Positions 11,886 through 24,440 of a stretch of DNA of 64,000 nt are shown piece after piece. Each line of letters begins with the position of its first letter. The first letter of the stretch is position 1. The notes beneath the pieces are model-generated. The model was not told where the DNA came from. It saw only the letters and a program-made list of their open reading frames with translations, and searched no databases. The translations under genes and the position numbers were made by a program. Source of the DNA: Macrostomum lignano (taxonomy: Eukaryota); the NCBI GenBank assembly GCA_002269645.1, contig NIVC01001971.1, positions 153,291-217,290 of the forward strand, written 5' to 3'.

Positions 11886-14800
11886 TGCTTTCATAACTCT
11901 GCTATGCCTACAATCCTCAAGTTGACTGAAAAGTAAGTTGCAGTAATGAATTAGGTTGACTGTAAAGTGAGTTGCAATGATTTTTTCTTGAAAAATAAAT
12001 GTGAAACATACTTTTTTTTATAAACTAGAGTGTCTTTTCGACTCTTTTATAATGGGGATCATAAGACAAAACTTGACCTGCTCAGGGATTGTAAAATGAA
12101 AGAATGCCCCTACACCTATAGGCTATGGTGCGAAACTAGATTGCCTAAATAAGATATTCTATAAATATAGTAAAACAGTAAGTTGGTCCTACTTTTACTT
12201 GCATACACACTAACAATAATATACATTTTACCAAAGGAACATGCCAGGCCCAGGCCTCCTGGACTTGCAGCTTGCAGCTAATTGTACATCTATATAGGCA
12301 AATGACAATTATGACACATAATGGTTAGGCCTACCAAGATGTGGCCATGGGCAACATTTTAGACATCTTGCTTATTCAATTTTCTGAGTATATGGACACC
12401 AAACTTGGTACCTTGGTTACAAGGCGATGTACTTTACTTAATAAGTTAATATATAGCATAAGTGTGTAGCCTATAAAACGGCTGCCTGTGCTGTGCACAC
12501 AACTAACAAAGTAGGCCTGGGTTGGTACTGGTACTGGTACGTCATTAAACTGTTTAAAATGACAAAAAATGGTGGCATTTGTCGCACCCCAGAAAATAAG
12601 ACTAACACATGAATGTTTGTCAAGGTGCTGGAGCAGGTATACTAGAAAAGTAAAATTTATTTAAGTTCAACAGCTTTTTGCTTGGCTGCAGTGAACTGTG
12701 AGTGGGAGAGTGTGACGTTGAACAGGTTAGAAAGATAGTTAGAGGTCCGGGTTGGAGGGTTAGAGTAGTACTATTTTACAGCACTATTTTACTGTTCGCG
12801 CCGGGTTAGAGCTACGGTGCGAATTCGTCGTCATTGTGCAAATCAAATTGTGAATTACACATAAAAAATAAATCCAATCAGTAATAAAATATAGCTCAAA
12901 AGAATTAATTTTAATGAGTTTTAGACACAATTGAAAATCTTGCGATTAACACACAAAGTACATTTGTTTATTTGTAAATTGTACCGTGAGCATAACTGGC
13001 GGAAGGCTAACTCGCAGTAAAAGAAAAGAATTAGGTCTAATGTGCATATTTATTTACTCAATTCATTTCATTATACTCACCCATTGAATAGAGCACATCG
13101 CATTCCAGCACTTATGTGTCCTTGCTTATTTATCAAACTCGAATTAAAACCATTGTCTTATTGGTCATGCAGCTATATATTTTGCAGCTAGCATTGACTG
13201 ATTTGCAGTGACAAAATTTAACCTCCACCTAATACCCAGCAATGCCAGCAATTTTAGTCTCAGACTAAGGTCGACTTTGAAATCTGCATTTAAGTACTTA
13301 GCCATGTATATATAGTCTTTTATTCCTTAAATTCCTTAAATCAAACAAGGATATATGCAGCTAAGGTGGATATCTCTGATCTCTGATCGATCATGAGCTG
13401 TGACCAATGACCATGCAAAGGCCAGGCCTGCTATGGCGGGGCTCATTTTCTAATAAGCCCCGCAGCTATTAATACTCTCCAATCCACGAGTTATAATAAA
13501 TTGGTACTTTTTACGCATGCATGCAAGAACGGGACACCTGATATTGCATATGAATCGATATATTACGATCCAAATTTGAAACGTGTCATCAGATCAATGT
13601 GCTCGATCATGCATTAAACTCCAAAGGCGCGCGTTTTGTCTTGTAATTAGTGTGTAGTGCTACTAAAAACAAGTGTTTTGGAATACGCGTATCTGTGTTT
13701 GAGCTGACCATTTTCTTACATTTACATGTACATCAATCTCATTAACAAAAAACCAAGGAATATACAGTGGTCCTTAAAAATGGATGTTCACTGTTTTCAG
13801 GCTTAGTATACATCATACTTTTGAATTAAAAATGTTGATAAATTTTACATTAGACGTAGTGCAGCTCAAAAGTTAGCCTTTTATAGTTTAGCCCAGCCAG
13901 CTGTGCGTATGATACATGCACATGTACAGGTAGCTTTACTAACGCAGAAAAAAGCAGACTGGTTCCCTTTGGAAAAATCTATCAAAAAGTCAGCGGACAT
14001 TATACTCGTACACGTACATTTACCTTTGGAATTCATCATTGATTGCTCGATCAATCCTTACTGTAGAAAGTTACATGTATGATGTACCAATAAAATGATT
14101 TACATGTACATGGTTGTTGTGTACATGTATGAAACAGTTCTATATACACGGACAGCGAAATCGACTGAAGCTTCCGGCGTTTGTTTGACGTTTCTGGCAA
14201 ATGGGTACTTTTTACAGTAACGCCGACGTTTCGGCCGACAATGTCGTTTTGCGTCGGTGAACTGTAAAGATACCCTGCACCTGGCATCTGCCACCCGACG
14301 TTGGCGGATGATGAATTTTTCACGGGGATACATGTAAACGCACTTATTTAGGCTTATACAGATACTACTTCAACTCTTCAAGTGGGTGATTGTGAGTAGT
14401 AGTGTTGTATAGTCAGTCTACTAATAAATTTTTATTCTTCAAACTCATGCAATTTAGTATTTAATTAACCATCTATTCGCTTTGCTCAATGTGCGCACTT
14501 ACTGTTTCTTAGTCAAAAATAGCTCAGTTTGAGAGCTGTGCAGCACTTTTTTTAAAACGCTGCATCGAGCCCACCCACACTATGCATTTAAAAAAAGTAA
14601 GCGTGCACACACACAATGAAACTGGGCAAATAACAATGCTCCGTCTTGGATAGTTGGAACAGAAATTAGAAATACGAAAGGCGTAGCTGCTTCCTGTTTC
14701 GAGTGGGGGCGAAAAATAATATAAGAAGTAGAATGGCATGCTATGTATGGCTTGCAGAGGTCCAGATTGAGCCTTACCCTAGCCAACACACGAACAGGCC

Positions 14801-15112
14801 AAAGTATGCGGCTATGCAAATTAATACGCGAATGCAGCTCATAACTATAGAACAATGCAGTTCGCATCGGATGCCTGTGTGAGCCAGCTGCAGGGGTGCA
14901 GCCAGGATTCTTCATCTCTCCGTGCATCTATACTCGTGTTGGACAGGGCCGCGGTAAAGAGTAAATAAAAGTTGTAAAGCCTTAGTTCGGAAAGGGCCGC
15001 GTCGACGTAAAAAAACCCGACTCGATTTGAATTATCAAAGATTAGCAAAATAAAATTATCTTTGGTGCCGATCGTGGCGCACTCACCAATTAAGTTGAGC
15101 ATCTGAGCGGCA

Positions 15113-16552
15113 ATGGAATTTGTAACTAACTTTCGTACTCTTTCGTACGTCAATTACATCGGCGTTGACGATTTCTCCGATCGTCTGAGCTACCAGATTA
15201 GCAGCAGCATCCTGACCGTGCTGGGCATACTGGTGACAGCGCGTACCTACGCTATGATGCCGATCGCCTGCTACATACCGCAGGGATTCGGCTTTGAGAA
15301 AGGCGGCCAGCTGGACTTTGTGGATCAATACTGTCTGACAGAGGGCACTTACGCTGTTGATGTCAGGCATTTCCATCTTCATAGCGAACGAAACGATGGC
15401 GGGCTGAGCGCCTATGCGGAGCATAAAATCTACTACTACCAGTGGGTGCCTCTTGTGCTCGGCTTCCAGGCTGTGCTGTGCTGCCTGCCCCGCCTGGTCT
15501 GGCGCATGGTCAGCTTCGACCGGGCCGGCACTGACGTCGGGCGAATCGTCAAGCTGGCCAAGGACGCCTCGGAGGACTCTAGCGGCGGCCTGACGCGCAG
15601 GCGGATGGTCACGCATATTGCCAGGTTAATCGAGAGGATGATCAAACGACGCCTGCCACCGAAGAAAGAGGAAAGTGGACAGTTAGACGCCCGGGCGCGC
15701 CTAATTGTGGCCTGGCGCACGTTCAGTCGCATGAAGCCATCGCAGCTTAGTGGAAACTACCTGATTATTACCTATCTGCTAATCAAGTTTGCCTACCTGT
15801 TGAACGCCGTAGGCCAGTTGCTTACAATGAAAGAGTTTCTACAATTGAACTCCACGCGCTACACGATGCCTGGAATTGATCTACTCAGAGAGGTGCTGGC
15901 CGACATCGACTGGCAGAACACCATGGTGTTCCCTCGAGTGGGCGCCTGCGCCGTGAAGATGCGCTCCGCCGTTGGAGTGAACTGGCTGTACGCCCAGTGC
16001 GCCCTGCCGGTCAACATGATCAACGAGAAGATTTACGTATTTCTGTGGTTCTGGTTCTTCGTGGTCGCCGTGGTAACAATAGTGAGCGCATTCGGTTGGC
16101 TCTACCGTCTGGCCTGGCGCTTCAGCCTGATCAACTTTGTCAAGGACTACCTGCGTCTAGCGGACAACTATAGCGAACTAAAATCTAAAAAGCATTTGAT
16201 GCACAAGTTTGTTAAGCGGTATTTGAGTCGCGACGGTGCCTTCTTAATGAAAATGATTGCGCTCAACTGCGGTGATATGGTCTGCGCAGACGTGGTCAAC
16301 GCTATGTGGGAGAGCTTTCTGTTGCGCGAGAAACTTGGCGACGCCTCGAATTCAACGGAGTTGCCCGGACTGCTGGCTCTGAACTGCCGCGGGCTGCCCG
16401 CTTCCAACTGCGTGAATAGGCGCAGAAAAATGCTGAGATGGCAGAAGAGCGCACCGGAGTCAAATCAACCACCAGCGGACTTGGACGAGCTGGCTGAGCA
16501 CGCCGCGGAGCTGGAGCAGTGCCGGAAGGAGGGCCGCGAGATCGACCCCTGA
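15113..16552 (+). CDS. inx: Innexin (gap junction/pannexin family), 479 aa, intronless
   Basis: YYQWVP signature, extracellular Cys pairs (IACY...QYCLTEGTY; GAC...AQCALPVNMINEKIY), four hydrophobic segments. Confidence 0.97.
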   Translation: MEFVTNFRTLSYVNYIGVDDFSDRLSYQISSSILTVLGILVTARTYAMMPIACYIPQGFGFEKGGQLDFVDQYCLTEGTYAVDVRHFHLHSERNDGGLSAYAEHKIYYYQWVPLVLGFQAVLCCLPRLVWRMVSFDRAGTDVGRIVKLAKDASEDSSGGLTRRRMVTHIARLIERMIKRRLPPKKEESGQLDARARLIVAWRTFSRMKPSQLSGNYLIITYLLIKFAYLLNAVGQLLTMKEFLQLNSTRYTMPGIDLLREVLADIDWQNTMVFPRVGACAVKMRSAVGVNWLYAQCALPVNMINEKIYVFLWFWFFVVAVVTIVSAFGWLYRLAWRFSLINFVKDYLRLADNYSELKSKKHLMHKFVKRYLSRDGAFLMKMIALNCGDMVCADVVNAMWESFLLREKLGDASNSTELPGLLALNCRGLPASNCVNRRRKMLRWQKSAPESNQPPADLDELAEHAAELEQCRKEGREIDP

Positions 16553-18395
16553 TACCTGGGTCGCTGTTGCCACGCCGAATCCTGTGTGCTTTGATATGAG
16601 TCAGGTTTCAGTTCTATTGACTTTTGACCAAGCAACTTTAAAACTCTTTGTGTCTTTTCGTTGCACATTTAACCGTTTTTCTATGTAATTTTACCATACT
16701 TGGGTTTCACTAATTACCAAGCGCCAAACCAGCACGCAACTGACCCTGTCTGTCTTTCAACTTGACAGCTTAAATTATTATTCTCGTTGTATCCTTGTGA
16801 TCTATTTAGGCATGCATGATCCTCGTTTTTACTTTTATTATGTTTCTCGTATATATTTCAAGTTTTTTTCATTTTTAAACCAGAAATCGCATTCCAATTG
16901 GTAATGACGACAATTATAAAAATAATTGTACCAATCAATACTTTAAATACTATTTACCTAAAATAACGTCCTTTCGAATCGCGGTCATCAAATGAACTTT
17001 AATTTCGTAGAATCACACGATTTTTACATTAATTTCATTCCTTTATACATCAATCGTGTGATTTGATAGCGATGTGAAGACTCTAAACAAACAATGTGAC
17101 CATCGTTTAGGTTGTGCAGTGACCATTGTTTAGGTTGTGACCGTTTTTTTAGTTTGTGACCATTTGTTACGAGCTACAGCCTCCAATACTGCGTTTCTAT
17201 TGTATTACGATTGAAGTTATGAAAGAAATATGAATATATGTTTCAAATATCCTTTGCTAAATAAATGTTATAGTAGCGATTGTACATTCCAATTGCTAGC
17301 CACTATAAAGATTAATATAACACCTATAACAGAAAGTTTAACACAAAATATCTGTTAAACACTGTGGTTCATGCTTACACACCTATATGCACTTTATAAA
17401 ATGGCATAAATTGCTGCGACCCATTTTCTGTGCAAGCCATGTTAATATAGAAAAATTCAGAATCGAAACATTTCCTAGTCAGGTAGATAGTAGCACTTTG
17501 TTCTGTGTTCTAAAAGAATGCTTTAGTGTTCCAATGTTTGCTGTTGGGCTATAGTACGCAGTCGTCCCGGTCGCGTACGATATTGGGTGGCGTTGGAATG
17601 TGCGATGTGCGCGCAACGCATGCAGCAACTGCCAGCTGCAGCATCAACAAAAATCTCATTCGCTGCAGACGTTACGAGCTTATAGACAACCGCCTTGACA
17701 ACCTTGAAAGCGCGCTCGAATCGCTCCCACCCCCTACCCTTCTGGACTAGAGCGTAGATTCCCTCTGGCACACTTTCTTCCCCAGTCGCATCCCATTCCT
17801 GTGTTTCGAATAAGGCCGTTTTGCTAAACCCGATCAATAATTTTGCAGATGGAGCGTATAGGGGCGATGGGGGCCAGAGAAAGGAACGAGCTAAACAGTG
17901 TTTGTCCGTGGTCTGCAGGAGAGGTACCGATTGGCGTGAAGGCTACGCCATTGTCTACTAGTTGGGGGGAAGAATCCCCTTCAGCCTTTGGTCCTGCCTC
18001 CGACTTTCGCCGCTACCCCCCAAGCCATTCTAGGATCGGAAATAAAAGGAGGGGTTTGAGGGGCGAACCGTTCCCTCGGTGGTTGCAGTGCCACTGGTTT
18101 ATCTTTTGTACACGATTTCTGATTCTCGGCTTGAAAACAGGGTGAGTATTAAGTATTGCATATTCGACTAGATAAATAAAAATGTGGGTTACTCTCTAGC
18201 AAATATAAATATAAAAGGGCCACTGTACATGTACATACAAGACTGTGTTAAACGTATTAATCCAGGACTTGCCCTTACACAAATCATTCCTGGATAGTCG
18301 TTTGTCCACGTGACCTACGCTCGTATTATTCTTATAGATTTCTCAGTTTGTCTAATAAAACTTGCACCAATCCAAAATTCCATTGGAGGGAGCAG

Positions 18396-19805
18396 ATGGA
18401 GGACGTGCGGAACGACCAGGGCGGCAATTTCAGCTGCACCAGCTGCAGCAAGGCGCTCACCGGGCAGCGCTACATCCTGCGCGAGGAGAAGCCGCACTGC
18501 ATTCAGTGCTACGAGCAGGTGTTCGCTAACAGCTGCGAACAATGCAAGGAGAAGATTGGCTGCGATTCCAAGGTAAGCTGGATGGTAACATGTAATATTG
18601 ACTTATCAAAAAACAGTAAACGCAAATTGCATGTACCCGTATGAGTAGTTGGAGCGACGTTTTTTTAGTAAAGGTTCTTCTTTAGAAGCTTTTCAAAAGG
18701 ACCGTACTACTTTAGTATAACAGTACGTGAAACTCAGAGATCGTGTAATGTTTTACACCTTCTTTACACCTTTGACACTGGAATGGAGATTAGTAGGCTA
18801 TTGTGTCCGTTAAGTTTCGGCTTAGTTCCCATTGCTAAGTATATAATGGTACAAGCGGATTCCCGTCCTCTCCAGGACCTGTCGTACAAGGACCGGCACT
18901 GGCACGAGCGCTGCTTCAAGTGCTCCTCCTGCCAGGGCAGCCTGGTTGACAAGCCCTTCGCCACTAAAGACGACGCGTTGTTCTGTTCAAATTGTCACGA
19001 CGAAAAATACGCCGCCCGTTGCGACGGCTGCGGCAAGCCGTTCAACGCCGGGATTCGCAAGTACGAATACCACGGCAAGCAGTGGCATGAGGACTGCTTC
19101 CTGTGCAAGGAGTGCCGAGAGCCAATTGGCAGCCGTTCGTTCATCCCGCGCGACCAAGAGGTCTGCTGCGTGCCCTGCTACGAGCAGAAGTACGCGCAGA
19201 AGTGCCGCAAATGCGAGCAGGCTATTAAACGCGGCGGAGTCACGTACAAAGGCGAGCCCTACCACAAGGAGTGCCTGGTGTGCGGCAACTGCAACGGGCA
19301 GCTGGCTGGAGTGAAGTTCACCAGCAAGGAGAACAAGCCCTACTGTGCCGAATGCTACGGCCAACTATTTGCTAAGAAGTGCTGTCGCTGCACCCAGCCA
19401 ATCACGGGTCAGTCAGTGCGCTAACCTGGGGTTACGACCAGTAGTATTATTAGGACATTGAAGCTTGAGAAAGGAAATGACGAGACCAATCTTGCCTTTA
19501 ACTTTTGTTTTCCATAGTAAATTGCATCGAATAAGGTTTTATTATAATACGAAAAGTAAAGGGCAGAGAAGCTCAGCGGAAAAATTTATTCTTTTAAGTT
19601 TGGGGCAGAATTTCTTTTGATAATAAATAGAAAAATTCTCTGAACACATTCAAACCTAGGCTTCGGTGGCTGCAAGTTCATCTCGTTCGAGGACAGGCAC
19701 TGGCACTCGGACTGCTTTGTGTGCTACAAGTGCTCAGTGAACCTGGTCGGCCGCGGCTTCTTAACAGACGGCGATGAAATTCTGTGTCCGGAGTGCGGCC
19801 GCTGA
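18396..19805 (+). CDS. FHL2: Four-and-a-half LIM domain protein (FHL2/Limpet/LIM-9 family), about 284 aa
   Basis: Exons 18396-18572, 18876-19407, 19660-19805 (855 nt, GT-AG, phases 0,1); half-LIM plus 4 LIM domains; DLSYKDRHWH, GGVTYK, FISFEDRHWH motifs. A 5-prime exon may end at the GTGAGT donor near 18142. Confidence 0.95.
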
Positions 19806-21045
19806 GTCTCGTATTTAGGATACGGGGAGGAAGCCAGCAAGCACACGATGGCGAATGTCCTAATTCAACTACTTACTCACAGCTGCAGTAGTATAGCTTG
19901 GTTATTTATGAACGCACAGTCGCCAATAGGCTTCAACAGCAGCAGTAGAATTACACAGAGTTTTTGTTAGAAAATTTCAACTTTGAAACATCAATTGATG
20001 CACAAAAGAAACGAAAAAGACGCAAGATTTTATATGCTACTAATGCATCAATAGTTGGCTTAAACGCATTGATCCATTCGATTGATAATCATTATTTTCT
20101 TTTTTAGCCACTTTCCCTTTATATATAAAATATTTATGCTTAACTTTAACAGCTAAACAAAGCTTATATAGCCTTTATAAAAACCCATCTAATAACTTAA
20201 CAAATACACATAATATATTCTATCGTTATAAATTCGCTCATTGGACAAAACGATAATTTGCGAATCAATTATTTATAAACGCAAACGAAACACTTCAGAC
20301 GCAGTTATTTAACTTTTTTTCATTAAAAGCGATTTATATATTTTTTATAATGAAATAAAATAATATAAGTACAGCGCAAATAATGAACAGAAATAGCCAA
20401 TGTAAAAAACATTATATTTACAATTCAGAAAAGAAATCATAACACAATTATCACTGATATAATAATAATAACAATATTAGTTTTTAATAAAAACAAAATT
20501 AAAATTAATTCAGCCACGCACCAATCCTACTAATAGTAGAGGAAAAGCGTGTAAACAAATCCTATTTATATCTGTTATAAAATAAAAGCAGCCTTATTAA
20601 GATGAGAAGTTTAAATCGAAATCGATTATTTCTACATAACAGACAAAAAAAACAAATTTGGTGCATCGATTTTCATAACTTTTGTTGAGACATCTGGACA
20701 CCAAATTTGGATATAAGGACTGGATAGGAATGGAGCAGCTTACTAGTTTATAAGCCTATTAATTTATCTTATTAGGATTTCTGTTGAAAATATATAATGG
20801 GATTTCAATTCAGATTACATCAACGGGGTTTTAATTCAGAATATTGGGTGGGGATCTCTATAAGGACATTTTCTACGTAATTGTAGGACTATATATATAT
20901 ATATATACTATAATATAATTACTAACTGAAAAACATTACGAGTATACCTTTGGCCTCTGATAAATTAGGCGCGTTACTAATGTACTAAGAAAACAAATGT
21001 ACTTTTATCCTTATAATCAATTTCGTCTTCTCCTTTGTTGACGCA

Positions 21046-23517
21046 CTAAAAGTCGTCCTGGGCTTTCGCATTTTTATAATAGGTCGTTAGTTCCATATTA
21101 AGCGCAGAGCCCTCTTCTCGCATGATGGCGTCAAGATCCCTGTCCAGCCTGGCCTTCTCCTCCGCCGGCTTCTCCTCGATGATGTAATCGGGCATTGCGC
21201 TGGCGGCTCTCGCTGCACCGGCCGGCCGGTTGAAGCCTCTTCCGCCGCGGCCTCGGCGAGATGGGCCGCCTTGCCGAACGCCGCGGCTGACGCCGTAACG
21301 GCGCTGGGGTGAGTAGCCGCCGACGTTGCCAGGATAACCCGCTGGTTGGTTTCTATACTGTCGGTTAAGTCGATTACTGTTGACAAACTCAACTGTGTTT
21401 CTGTAAATCCAATTATTAATTTGAGGCATAAGTAAACTGAATCTAGCTAGTACAAGTACTAGCATCCCATGGCTCTGAGATCCTCACTCACCGATCCCAT
21501 CGCTCTCAGATCCTCACTCACCGATCCCATCTCTCTCAGATCCTCACTCACCGATCCCATTGCTCTGAGATCCTCACTCACCGATCCCATCGCTCTCAGA
21601 TCCTCACTCACCGATCCCATCGCTCTCAGATCCTCACTCACCGATCCCATCGCTCTCAGATCCTCACTCACCGATCCCATTGCTCTGAGATCCTCACTCA
21701 CCGATCCCATCGCTCTCAGATCCTCACTCACCGATCCCATCGCTCTCAGATCCTCACTCACCGATCCCATCGCTCTCAGATCCTCACTCACCGATCCCAT
21801 CGCTCTCAGATCCTCACTCACCGATTCCATGGCTCTGAGATCCTAGCTCACTGATAGATCCCATAACTCTTAGATCCTCACTTCAAGATACCGCAGCTCT
21901 GAGATCCCATATTCCTAGACTCGGCCTGAGATCCCATATTCCCTGACTCGGCCTGAGATCCCATATTCCCACAGTCGGCCTGAGATCCCATATTCCCAGA
22001 CTCGGCCTGAGATCCCATATTCCCTGACTCGGCCTGAGATCCCATATTCCCAGACTCGGCTTGAGATCCCATATTCCCACAGTCGGCCTGAGATCCCATA
22101 TTTCCAGACTCGGCCTGAGATCCCATATTCCCACAGTCGGCCTGAGATCCCATATTCCCAGACTCGACCTGAGATCCCATATTCCAAGACTCGGCCTGAG
22201 ATCCCATTTCCCAGACTCGGCCTGAGATCCCATATTCCCTGACTCGGCCTGAGATCCCATATTCCCACAGTCGGCCTGAGATCCCATATTCCCAGACTCG
22301 GCCTGAGATCCCATATTCCCTGACTCGGCCTGAGATCCCATATTCCCAGACTCGGCTTGAGATCCCATATTCCCACAGTCGGCCTGAGATCCCATATTTC
22401 CAGACTCGGCCTGAGATCCCATATTCCCACAGTCGGCCTGAGATCCCATATTCCCAGACTCGACCTGAGATCCCATATTCCAAGACTCGGCCTGAGATCC
22501 CATTTCCCAGACTCGGCCTGAGATCCCATATTCCCTGACTCGGCCTGAGATCCCATATTCCCACAGTCGGCCTGAGATCCCATATTCCCAGACTCGGCCT
22601 GAGATCCCATATTCCCTGACTCGGCCTGAGATCCCATATTCCCAGACTCGGCTTGAGATCCCATATTCCCACAGTCGGCCTGAGATCCCATATTTCCAGA
22701 CTCGGCCTGAGATCCCATATTCCCACAGTCGGCCTGAGATCCCATATTCCCAGACTCGACCTGAGATCCCATATTCCCTGACTCGGCCTGAGATCCCATA
22801 TTCCCACAGTCGGCCTGAGATCCCATATTCCCAGACTCGGCCTGAGATCCCATATTCCCTGACTCGGCCTGAGATCCCATATTCCCTGACTCGGCCTGAG
22901 ATCCCATATTCCCAGACTCGACCTGAGATCCCATATTCCAAGACTCGGCCTGAGATCCCATATTCCCACAGTCGGCCTGAGATCCCATATTCCCAGACTC
23001 GACCTGAGATCCCATATTCCAAGACTCGGCCTGAGATCCCATTTCCCAGACTCGGCCTGAGATCCCATATTCCCAGACTCGGCCTGAGATCCCATATTCC
23101 CTGACTCGGCCTGAGATCCCATATTCCCAGACTCGACCTGAGATCCCATATTCCAAGACTCGGCCTGAGATCCCATTTCCCAGACTCGGCCTGAGATCCC
23201 ATATTCCCTCAGTCGCTCACCTGCCAACTCGGAATGCATGGCTTCGCCGGTTCGGGCCTCCCCTGCCAACAGCGCCGGCAGGGCTGCTAGCGGGAAACTG
23301 TGCTGCCCGCGCCGAAGGCACGACCACTACCTCTCGCTCTCGAAACGGCCGTTCAATTCGACCCTGAAGGACCCCCCGCAGTCGGTCATTCATCGCACCT
23401 TCGTACCGATTGCCACCGCCACCTCTATTACGGCCGGATGGAGCGCCTCTGCGCATGTCGTAAGGCCGACGTCTGGGCAGATGACCGCCACCTCTCTGGT
23501 ACTGCAGGCCTGTGAAT
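21046..23517 (-). CDS. CHTOP: CHTOP/Friend-of-PRMT1-like RGG-rich mRNA export adaptor
   Basis: Exons 23221 to at least 23456 and 21400-21046 join in phase 2 (AG|GTGAG...TTTACAG|A); Arg/Gly-rich body and C-terminal duplicated LDRDLDAIM...LNMELTTYY resembling the FoP duplication; N-terminus uncertain. Confidence 0.7.
21464..21843. repeat. 30-bp minisatellite (AGATCCTCACTCACCGATCCCATCGCTCTC) in CHTOP-like intron
   Basis: 10-aa periodic ORFs. Confidence 0.95.
21895..23210. repeat. 27-bp minisatellite (GAGATCCCATATTCCCAGACTCGGCCT) with 296-bp higher-order repeat, in CHTOP-like intron
   Basis: 9-aa periodic ORFs; 26-bp variant recurs at 22203 and 22499. Confidence 0.95.
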
Positions 23518-24214
23518 CTGGGCAAACAGCATGACAATTTTTAAATGCTTCTAAGCGCGTGTATTAGGGTATAGTTTTTTCATATTTAGAAAAGCAACAG
23601 ACCCAAATAGACTAACCAATGGAACAGAACGATAGGTTTCGGCGGGAAACGATGCAGCTTTGTATCATCATACTACTACCAGTAGTTTTTCGTAAGTAGA
23701 AATGTTGAAGAACGATAAAAGAAAATGAAATGCTTCGTTAGGAGACATGAAATAGCCCATTTTTTGCTTCTCAAAGCCTAAAATAATTCCCTTTTTATGT
23801 CTCTAAAAGTAGTTATTTGCAAATTATACATGGCACCACTATTAAAATCACCTGTCATTCAGAGTAATTGGCGTTGCATCAAGAATGTGAATTTTCGCTG
23901 GAAGTTTCATATCTTCTTTATAACCTGGAAGAGTGTTGAAAATTTGAACTTGAAGAACTGCTTATAATGAAGCAATATCGAAATAATATAAAAAAATTTT
24001 CTATGAGTCAAGAAAGCAGTGACAATGACATAGCTGAGAAGGTAATGAATGGCTTGAATAGGAATTAGAAGTTGAAAAATTGCAGATAACCATTTAATTG
24101 TATTTTCAGACTTTTAGACAGGGGAACTTCTGATGGATTTTTTGCTGCTGCTCAAAGCCACGTAGACAAAGATTGGCAAGTGAAAAATTGCTTGTTAGTT
24201 AAGCACAGCAGCTT

Positions 24215-24440
24215 GTCAGAATGTCGGATTCTACCATTGTCAAGATTCTGCACCAGCACCTCGGCATGAGGAAGCTGTCCGCTTGTTGGGTTCCCCATCA
24301 GTTCAGTGCTAACCAGATGCGAGCCAGGTTTGACGGAGGCTACTCAAAGTAAGTGGACAAAATCCTCATTGGCAACGAAACCTGGGTCGACTTCTATGGC
24401 CCAGAGACCAAGGAGTCGATCTCAGATCTCAGGATGGGGG
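24215..24440 (+). pseudogene. Degenerate mariner transposase fragment
   Basis: Translates KILHQHLGMRKLSACWVPHQF...*...ILIGNETWVDFYGPETKES, matching mariner WVPHEL and DETW motifs; in-frame stop and catalytic D to N. Confidence 0.8.

Noticed and set aside
17523-17837. Overlapping short ORFs upstream of FHL
   Set aside because: No recognisable domain or splice partner; possibly UTR or promoter
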